From the NCBI GenBank assembly GCA_017626845.1, contig JAGAHX010000009.1, positions 33,425 through 97,424 of the forward strand: a stretch of 64,000 nt of DNA. Reading direction: 5' to 3'. This document shows positions 55,701 to 64,000 of the stretch, one piece after another (within the stretch, counting starts at the first letter, position 1; the number at the start of each line of letters is the position of its first letter). This DNA is from Bacillota bacterium (lineage in GTDB: Bacteria; Bacillota; Clostridia; Peptostreptococcales; Anaerovoracaceae). The position numbers and the translations under genes were made by a program. The notes below the pieces were generated by a model. That model saw nothing but the letters and a program-made list of their open reading frames with translations. It was not told the origin of the DNA and made no database searches.

Positions 55701-56251
55701 AAGCGCCGGAAGTGAAGAACGCATACCTCGAGCTCCGGGAAGGGATGGACGTGCATCAGGCTTCCGCCAAACTGCTGGCCTCCGATGATGTGATGGCGGT
55801 CTCGCTGGCGGCGGACCTCCGCAGCACCATCGGCAATCTCCTGGAATCCATGGACCTCGTCGTGCTCATCGTGCTGGTCTGTTCCGGCGCGCTCGCATTC
55901 ATCGTTTTATACAACCTGACGAACATCTCCATCACGGAGAGAAGGAGAGAGATCGCCACCCTGAAGGTACTTGGGTTCTTCCAGAACGAGACGGCCCAGT
56001 ACGTGTTCCGGGAAAACATCATCCTGACAGGCATCGCATCGCTGTTCGGCATCCCGGCAGGCCTGGCGCTGCTGCGCTACGTCATGGCGCAGATCGTCAT
56101 CAAGCAGATGTACTTCGGCTGCCGCCTGGCGCCGCTGTCCTATCTGTGGTCCGTGCTGCTCACCTTTGCGTTTGCCGTGCTCATCGATCTGGGCCTTCGC
56201 TTGAAGGTCGAAAAGATCGACATGGCGGAATCGATGAAAGCCATCGAATAA
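52754..56251 (+). CDS. Giant duplicated FtsX-family ABC permease with a long coiled-coil ectodomain
   Basis: 1165 aa. Two FtsX TM bundles (about residues 640-770 and 1040-1165). LKALGY and LKVLGF motifs. A coiled-coil insert of about 390 aa is present. Confidence 0.85.
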   Translation: MVAMLLRSLLRTIRSTLGRFLAIFAIIALGVGFFIGLRVTHDSMLKTADDYLTDLLLYDFRLVSTLGLTDEDVNTFARDPAVALSEGSFSIDALIETTKGQEDVLHFHTLLPDVNRVDLVSGRLPETSDEIVLDARYAQPGQVGKQVVLSSSNDEDTLSHFGHTSYTVVGTANTSYYVNFERGSTSLGSGEVEGFAYALSSAFDADYYTEVFLRLKDMPAMGSQAYEKEAEQQQDRLEDILKERGQVRYEDLKTEANEKIAEAQAEIDDGWVKIDDGKREIADAERKLADADRELKDARKELDDGWAELKDAETELADARIELDDAEAELADSRKELDDAKIELADARKELDDGWKEYEDGKKEYEDGLAEYERGMSAYRSGRREANEQLVAASKQLDDAQAQLSETRTQLDAAAEQKSALEQSLPYLEGDDLAAAQTAIGTISEQLAYGEAAYSQGLSELESGREAYEAAEASARGQLRSAKRKLDKAKEDLDAAAIELEDALKELEDGEKEYADGLAEYEDGEAKYADGLAEYQDGLADYEQGLAEYEDAKIELEDGEKEYADGLAEYQTKAADAAVTIRDAKADIAQAEIDLEEGQRKVDDAKADLADLKEPSTYVLGRSQNAGYAALENDTAIVKGIAKVFPLFFFLIAVLVCITTMTRMVDEQRTENGTLKALGYSDFSIISRYLIYSGSASILGCFAGFFAGSKFMPVTIWKIYRIMYDIDRPAAFVLDWKMFGICTGLYLLCSLGSTWYVAHGELKEMAAELIRPKAPEAGKRVILERMPLLWNRLSFLRKVSVRNIFLYKKRMVMMIIGIGGCTALLLTGFGIRDTISGIVDYQYEEISLYDADVTFSDVMDEAAQLEFLKEFEDTVEGASFLASVKMDVTGKTTQEANVICFSKPPEGFVDLHEGETPIPWPKKGETVINYRLARDLGVAAGDTIRIVDSDRHSTDLRVTGVFDNYLFDYVYVTRDTLEEAWGEAPEVKNAYLELREGMDVHQASAKLLASDDVMAVSLAADLRSTIGNLLESMDLVVLIVLVCSGALAFIVLYNLTNISITERRREIATLKVLGFFQNETAQYVFRENIILTGIASLFGIPAGLALLRYVMAQIVIKQMYFGCRLAPLSYLWSVLLTFAFAVLIDLGLRLKVEKIDMAESMKAIE
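53420..54590 (+). repeat. In-frame coiled-coil repeat region (degenerate repeats, coding)
   Basis: Iterated ELxDA(R/K)KELDDGW and EYADGLAEY(E/Q)DG units. EDGEKEYADGLAEY occurs twice, with near-identical DNA at about 54273 and 54428. Confidence 0.85.
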
Positions 56252-56267
56252 ATCGCCAGCAGCCTTG

Positions 56268-56306
56268 ACACTTTATACCAGAATGCAATAAAATAAAGTG
56301 TTTTTA
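56268..56306 (+). terminator. AT-rich hairpin plus T-run after the FtsX gene
   Basis: ACACTTTAT / ATAAAGTGT 9-bp stem with a 16-nt loop, then TTTTT. Confidence 0.4.
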
Positions 56307-56332
56307 TGTGCATAAATTGGAGGTACTTTTTT

Positions 56333-58975
<2,643 letters not shown>

Positions 58976-58988
58976 CCGCGCCGTCTTC

Positions 58989-59017
58989 TTGAGAAATACA
59001 CAAAACACTTGTATAAT
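58989..59017 (+). promoter_or_regulatory. Sigma-A promoter (TTGAGA-17 nt-TATAAT)
   Basis: Hexamers at 58989-58994 and 59012-59017. Confidence 0.55.
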
Positions 59018-59054
59018 AAATAAGGTGATTAGAGCATCGGACAGGAGGTAAAAA

Positions 59055-59303
59055 GTGGAGAGAAAAACGATACTGTTCAGCAGCCCGGACAAACCCGAGC
59101 AGAGAACGACGGAAGACATCCTCAAGACCGTATACGACGCGCTGGAGGAGAAGGGTTACAATGCCATCGATCAGATGGTCGGATACATTCTTTCCGGCGA
59201 TCCCTCCTATATCACGGGTCACAACAACGCCAGAAACCTCATCCGTCATATCGAACGGGACGATCTGGTAGAGGAACTTCTGCGGAGTTTCCTGAAGAAA
59301 TAA
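59055..59303 (+). CDS. ireB: IreB-family regulatory phosphoprotein (UPF0297 / DUF965)
   Basis: GTG start 6 nt after [35 protein letters not shown] is the family signature. Position alaS-ireB-ruvX is conserved in Firmicutes. Confidence 0.85.
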   Translation: MERKTILFSSPDKPEQRTTEDILKTVYDALEEKGYNAIDQMVGYILSGDPSYITGHNNARNLIRHIERDDLVEELLRSFLKK

Positions 59304-59330
59304 TCGGCGCTATATGGCTAAGTAACAAAA

Positions 59331-59360
59331 CAAAGCGGACTTTTCGAGTCCGCTTGTTTT
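59331..59360 (+). terminator. Rho-independent terminator
   Basis: CAAAGCGGACT-TTTCG-AGTCCGCTTG followed by TTTT. Confidence 0.75.
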
Positions 59361-59378
59361 GGAATATGGGGACATTTT

Positions 59379-59819
59379 ATGAGGATATTGGGACTGGATA
59401 TCGGCGACAAGACCATAGGCGTCGCCGTAAGCGATCCGCTGTTCATCTCCGCCCAGGGGGTGACCACCATAGAACGGATCGGCATTAAAAAAGATACGAC
59501 GAAGGTGCTGGAATATGCGAAAGAGTACGAAGCAGGCACCATCGTATCGGGACTGCCGCTGATGCTCTCCGGCGAGGACAGCCCGCAGACGCAGAAGGTG
59601 CGGGAGTTCGTGGAACGCCTGGAGAACAAGGCGAGAAGCACAGGGCTGAAGCTGCAGTTCGTCTTTCAGGACGAGCGCTTTACCACGAAGATGGCGGAAG
59701 ACGTGCTGATCGCCGCGGACATGCGCAGAGAAAAGAGAAAGACCATCATCGACCGTCAGGCAGCGGTCATCATCCTGCAAAGCTACCTGGACGCCAACCG
59801 GGGAAAACTGACGTTATAG
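59379..59819 (+). CDS. ruvX: Holliday-junction resolvase-like nuclease RuvX/YqgF
   Basis: MRILGLDIGDKTIGVAVSD N-terminus and DERFTT motif. 146 aa. Confidence 0.9.
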   Translation: MRILGLDIGDKTIGVAVSDPLFISAQGVTTIERIGIKKDTTKVLEYAKEYEAGTIVSGLPLMLSGEDSPQTQKVREFVERLENKARSTGLKLQFVFQDERFTTKMAEDVLIAADMRREKRKTIIDRQAAVIILQSYLDANRGKLTL

Positions 59820-59842
59820 GAAAGGACGATAGCAAGGAACAC

Positions 59843-60430
59843 ATGGGTAGACTAGGATTTTTCTTCAACATGAACACCTGTCTTGGCTGCGGAGCCTGCC
59901 AGGTGGCCTGCAAGGACCTTCATGGCCTGCAGCCCGGTGAATTTTTCCGCCGGGTGGAGACCATTTCAGTCCAGGCGGGCGGACAGAACGTGTATGCGCA
60001 CTATTCCGGCGCCTGCAACCACTGCGAAGAGGCAAACTGCGTCAAGGCCTGCCCGACAGGCGCCATGCATAAGGCGGCGGACGGCACGGTGGTGCACGAC
60101 GACAACCTCTGCATGGGATGCGGCAGCTGCATGTGGAACTGCCCCAACGGCGCGGTATCGTTCTCCCTGACCAAGGGCGTGGCGCAGAAATGCGACGCCT
60201 GCGGAGAACTGCGGGCGAGAGGGTACGAGCCCGCCTGCTGCGGCGCATGCCCCACCAGATCGCTGAAATTCGGCGATATCGACGAACTGCAGAAAGAATA
60301 CAGCGTATCGGCGCAGGAGAGGGGATTCCTTCCCATTGCGGACGTTACGGATCCGAACCTCATCGTCAAACTGCCGGCAAACATCGTAAAAGCTCTGAAG
60401 GGAGGCAGCGCACATGCAGAAGATCTATAA
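59843..60430 (+). CDS. DmsB-like four-cluster 4Fe-4S electron-transfer subunit
   Basis: Four Cys groups: CLGCGACQVAC, CNHCEEANCVKACP, CMGCGSCMWNCP and CDACG...CCGACP. Confidence 0.85.
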   Translation: MGRLGFFFNMNTCLGCGACQVACKDLHGLQPGEFFRRVETISVQAGGQNVYAHYSGACNHCEEANCVKACPTGAMHKAADGTVVHDDNLCMGCGSCMWNCPNGAVSFSLTKGVAQKCDACGELRARGYEPACCGACPTRSLKFGDIDELQKEYSVSAQERGFLPIADVTDPNLIVKLPANIVKALKGGSAHAEDL

Positions 60431-61610
60431 ATACATCATTGTCGGAGCTGGGATCGCTGCAGCCAGCGCTGCTGCGGGTATCCGGGAGGTCGACCCCGAC
60501 AGCCCCATCCTGATGATCGGCGACGAAGCGGTACCCGCCTACAGCCGTCCCATGCTCACGAAGACGCCGCTGCGTTCTTACGAACTGGGCCGCACCATCG
60601 TGTACGGACCGGAATGGTATCAGGAAAACAAGATCGACCTGCTGCTGGGAACCAGGGTCAGATCCATCGATAATTCATCCCGTCTCATCGCAACGAACCG
60701 GGGAGATTCCTTCTTCTACAACCGGCTCATCTACGCGGCAGGCGCCAACGGATCTGTGCCGCCCATCAAGGGCGCAGATCTGCCGGAAGTCGCGGTCATC
60801 CGCCGCTATGAGGACATCATGAAGGTCAAGCGTCTGTCCGTGAACACCGGCAAAGCCGTCATCATCGGCGGCGGCGTCATCGGCCTGGAAGCGGGCTTCG
60901 AACTGGCGCGCTACGGCCTGGACGTTACGGTGCTGGAGGCGCTGCCCATGCTGATGCCCCGGTTCCTGGACGAGGACTGTGCCAGAATGCTGGAAAAGTC
61001 CATCCATTCCTTCCCGGTCTATACCGGGGTCACCATCGATGAGATCGGCGGCCGCGGACACGTGGAGTACGTAAGACTGCAGGACGGCAGAGAATTCCCC
61101 TGCGACTTCGTCATCATGTCCACCGGCGTTCGGGCCGATACCGCGCTGGCCCAGGCGGCCGGCATCAAATGCGATCGCAGCGGCATTCTCATCAACGAAA
61201 AGTGCGAGACCAGCGCCAAGGACATCTTTGCCTGCGGCGACTGTGCTGCTTACGGCATCAACTGGCAGCTGTGGTCCCAGGCTCTGGAACAGGGCAGGGT
61301 AGCCGGCATCAATGCGGCGGGAGGCAACGCATCCATCCAGCCCACGGATTCGTCCATGATCATCAATTCGCCGGAGATCTCCATGTTCTCCTGCGGCGAT
61401 GTGGGCAAGGACCCGAACAAGACCTACACCACGGAAGTGGACGACAACATGCAGCCGGACCTGTTTGCGGTCAACAAGAAATTCATCCGTTCCTATGAGA
61501 AGCGCTTCTACTGCGGCGAAAAGCTGGTGGGCGCCATCATCATCGGCAATCTGGCACGCATGCAGGAACTGAAGGAGCAGATCCTGGGGATCGCTCCCCG
61601 TGAGGTATAG
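60414..61610 (+). CDS. FAD-dependent pyridine-nucleotide oxidoreductase (two-dinucleotide-binding-domain family)
   Basis: N-terminal IVGAGIAAASAA (FAD GxGxxA), second Rossmann motif VIIGGGVIGLE, and GDCA motif. Confidence 0.8.
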   Translation: MQKIYKYIIVGAGIAAASAAAGIREVDPDSPILMIGDEAVPAYSRPMLTKTPLRSYELGRTIVYGPEWYQENKIDLLLGTRVRSIDNSSRLIATNRGDSFFYNRLIYAAGANGSVPPIKGADLPEVAVIRRYEDIMKVKRLSVNTGKAVIIGGGVIGLEAGFELARYGLDVTVLEALPMLMPRFLDEDCARMLEKSIHSFPVYTGVTIDEIGGRGHVEYVRLQDGREFPCDFVIMSTGVRADTALAQAAGIKCDRSGILINEKCETSAKDIFACGDCAAYGINWQLWSQALEQGRVAGINAAGGNASIQPTDSSMIINSPEISMFSCGDVGKDPNKTYTTEVDDNMQPDLFAVNKKFIRSYEKRFYCGEKLVGAIIIGNLARMQELKEQILGIAPREV

Positions 61611-61613
61611 ACC

Positions 61614-64000
61614 ATGGCATTTACGAACAGCAAGACCTTTTTATATAACGCGCATATCCTGAAGTCGTTCTTCGAGGACCTGGAGCGCTGGAGAGAGGAG
61701 TGCGCCTGCTTCGGCATCCGCAGCACCATCGAAGACCAGCAGTACGACGACCTGTTCAAAGGGACCGACGCGGACGTGTATATCCCGATGTGGGCTTCAG
61801 CCTGCAAGGGGCACGGAGACATCCTGATCGACCGGACGACCTATGACTGCATCCGGTTCTATAAGACCTACGGCTACGAGGCGATCCACATGGACGGCAA
61901 CCCCGCGGACTTTCTGGGGGAACAGCTGCGCTTCCTGGAATACATCAGCGTCTGCGGCCTGAAGGGGACGGGAAATGCCGGCCTCGTGATCGAGGCGTTT
62001 ATCGAACAGTTTACTTTGGATACCGTAAAAGAATTCTGTAAAGCATTACGCGGACAGAACGCCGTCCCCATCTCCGAAGAGCTCGGATTTGTCTGCGATG
62101 CATTGGAGGCGCTGGTCCGCCTGCAGCCCAAGCCCCTGGCAACGGAGATCGGCTGCGATGAATTCTACTGCTGGCAGTGGAGCCAGAAGCCGCCTCTTCC
62201 CATTGAGGAACCGCATATCATCCGCTCTGCCGGGGTCAACAACTGCGGCGGCAACTGCAAACTGGAAGTCTGGTGCGCGGAAGGCTGCGTGCTGGATATC
62301 TCCGCCGATACGTCCATCAACGGCATCCAGCTGCGGACCTGCCCGAGAGGAAGAGGCTACCGGCACACCTTCCTGACGTCCCGCCGGCTGCGCTATCCCA
62401 TGAAGAGAAGGGAAGCCAGAGGCTCCGGCAAATATACCCGCATTTCCTATGAGGAAGCGGCGAAGGAGATCGCGGACAAGATCAGGGAGTGCGGCGAAAA
62501 ATACGGCCCCGGCAGCCGGTACCTGATCTATTCCACCGGCGTGTGCGCCGTAGCAAGACCGGACCACCTGATGAAGCGCCTTCTGTGCCTGGACGGCGGC
62601 TATCTGCAGCACTACAATTCCTACAGCAGCGCCCAGACGAACTACATTACACCGTATATCTACGGTACTGAACGCACGAACAACCACCCCGCGGACGTCA
62701 TGAACTCCAAGCTCATCATCCTGTGGGGCCACAATACGGCGGAAAGCATCATCGGACCGTTCCGCAACTATTACTTCGCCAAGGCGAAGGAGGCGGGCGT
62801 GCGCATCGTGGTCATTGACCCGCGCAACAGCGAATCCGCTCTGACGTTCGCCGACGAATGGATCCCCATCAAACCGGGCAGCGACTGCGCGATGGCCAAC
62901 GCCATGGCCTTCGTCATCTTCCAGAAGAACCTGCAGGACCAGGAGTTCATGAACAAGTTCTGCGTGGGCTTCGATGAAGCGCACATGCCCGAGGGCGTGC
63001 CCGTAGGGGAGAGCTATAAGAGCTACCTGTTCGGACTACAGGACGGCATCGTGCGTGACCCGAAATGGGCGGAAGAGATCTGCGGCGTTCCCGCGGAAAA
63101 GATCGAGGAACTGGCTGTCGAATACGCCACCAGCAAGCCGGCCAGCATCCAGCCCGGTCTGGGCGTTCAGCGTACGTTTATCGGCGAGAACGCGATCCGC
63201 GCCATCTCGGCGCTCTGCGCCATGACCGGCAACGTCGGCATCCCCGGCGGCGGGGCAGGCGGCACCGTTACACCCAACGGCCATTACGAGGCCCAGGAGA
63301 TGTTTAAGCCCGAGAACGGCTGCACCTATTCCACGCCGGTGTTCCTCTGGAGCAAGATCATCGACAAGTGGGAGACCATGACCGCAGAAGAGGACGGCAT
63401 CAAGGGCGCGGACAAGCTGCCCTGCGGCATCAAACTGATGTTCTCTTTAGCGTCCAACGTGATGATGAACCAGCATTCGGATATCAACGATACCAAGCGC
63501 ATCCTGAGCGATACGAGCAAGTGCGAGCTGATCGTCAATTCCGATCTGTTCTATACCTCCAGCGTCCGCTGGTCCGACATCGTGCTGCCCGGCGCCTCGC
63601 TGTTCGAGACCGAGTACATTCCTTCGGTCTGGAACTCCGACGACTACGTCCTGTATGCCAACCAGTGCACGCAGCCGCTGTTCGGCTCCGTGTTTGAGTA
63701 CGAATGGATGAAGATGGTCGCCAAAGACATGGGCCTCTACGAAGCCTTTACCGACGGCTGCGAGACCCGTCAGGACTGGAGCCGCAAGATCTACAACGAA
63801 GATCTGCTGCCCAAGGAACCGGAGCTACCCGACTTCGATACGTTTATGGAGAGGGGAGGCCACATGTACTCCGGTCCCTGCGACGAGCCCGTGGCATTCC
63901 AGAAGCAGATCCGGGACGGCGTGCCGTTTGCAACACCCAGCGGCAAGATCGAGATCTTCAGCAAACAATTGTTCGATATGCATAAACCGGACATCGGAGG
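61614..64000 (+). CDS. DmsA-family molybdopterin (bis-MGD) oxidoreductase with an N-terminal TorD/DmsD-like chaperone domain; 3' end lies outside the window
   Basis: An ORF open from ATG 61614 to the window end, absent from the supplied track. Residues 1-190 are TorD-like (DVYIPMWASA...PADFLGEQLRFLEYI). The rest is colinear with E. coli DmsA as I recall it (RLRYPMKR, NSYSSAQ, VIDPR, GNVGIPGG, TPSGKIEIFS). Confidence 0.85.
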   Translation, partial: MAFTNSKTFLYNAHILKSFFEDLERWREECACFGIRSTIEDQQYDDLFKGTDADVYIPMWASACKGHGDILIDRTTYDCIRFYKTYGYEAIHMDGNPADFLGEQLRFLEYISVCGLKGTGNAGLVIEAFIEQFTLDTVKEFCKALRGQNAVPISEELGFVCDALEALVRLQPKPLATEIGCDEFYCWQWSQKPPLPIEEPHIIRSAGVNNCGGNCKLEVWCAEGCVLDISADTSINGIQLRTCPRGRGYRHTFLTSRRLRYPMKRREARGSGKYTRISYEEAAKEIADKIRECGEKYGPGSRYLIYSTGVCAVARPDHLMKRLLCLDGGYLQHYNSYSSAQTNYITPYIYGTERTNNHPADVMNSKLIILWGHNTAESIIGPFRNYYFAKAKEAGVRIVVIDPRNSESALTFADEWIPIKPGSDCAMANAMAFVIFQKNLQDQEFMNKFCVGFDEAHMPEGVPVGESYKSYLFGLQDGIVRDPKWAEEICGVPAEKIEELAVEYATSKPASIQPGLGVQRTFIGENAIRAISALCAMTGNVGIPGGGAGGTVTPNGHYEAQEMFKPENGCTYSTPVFLWSKIIDKWETMTAEEDGIKGADKLPCGIKLMFSLASNVMMNQHSDINDTKRILSDTSKCELIVNSDLFYTSSVRWSDIVLPGASLFETEYIPSVWNSDDYVLYANQCTQPLFGSVFEYEWMKMVAKDMGLYEAFTDGCETRQDWSRKIYNEDLLPKEPELPDFDTFMERGGHMYSGPCDEPVAFQKQIRDGVPFATPSGKIEIFSKQLFDMHKPDIG

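Noticed and set aside
56252-56332. T-box leader upstream of alaS.
   Set aside because: Only about 80 nt are available and no specifier or T-box sequence is evident. The region holds a hairpin and the RBS only.

Overview
The window is 64 kb of high-GC (about 60% by eye) chromosomal DNA. Gene content and operon style fit an anaerobic Firmicute or Clostridia genome, possibly Oscillospiraceae-like, but that guess is low confidence. Coding density is very high and almost all genes are on the + strand. I saw no rRNA, tRNA, CRISPR array, transposase, integrase or prophage signature.

Layout:
- 1-6138: tail of an ABC-2 exporter, then cbiK, a secreted two-domain protein, sirC and a BtuFCD-type importer.
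- 6147-24520: a sigma-A-like promoter and a clear cobalamin riboswitch, followed by about 18 kb of tightly packed + strand genes. First comes a lipoprotein made of two complete CbiK chelatase modules, then a lipoprotein paralog of the secreted protein in the first block, and a second BtuFCD-type importer. Anaerobic cobalamin genes follow (cbiB, cbiD, cobD, cbiP, cbiA, cbiC, cbiF, cbiG, cbiH and a cbiJ-cbiE-cbiT fusion), then a patatin-like lipase and a terminator.
- 24631-28015: a decayed P-type ATPase locus and a MATE exporter.
- 28146-51610: housekeeping genes. These are yebC, an ECF sigma/anti-sigma pair overlapping polA, coaE, an [FeFe]-hydrogenase, mtnK and mtnA, ftsK, rimO, pgsA, cinA, an SOS box plus recA, rplU and rpmA, obg, a radical-SAM pair, a YibE/F protein and comEA.
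- 51639-51777: a 139-nt structured element.
- 52056-56251: an ABC ATPase plus a 1165-aa FtsX-type permease with a roughly 390-aa coiled-coil ectodomain.
- 56333-59819: alaS, ireB and ruvX.
- 59843-64000: a DmsB-like ferredoxin, an FAD/NAD(P)H oxidoreductase and a DmsA-family molybdoenzyme. The molybdoenzyme has a TorD-like chaperone domain fused at its N-terminus and no Tat signal. It runs off the window and is missing from the supplied ORF track.

The best candidate for an undescribed system is the riboswitch-gated surface module (tandem-CbiK lipoprotein, two-domain lipoprotein, importer) and its paralogous copy upstream.

All family calls come from motif recognition by eye. No alignments, HMM searches or RNA folding were run.
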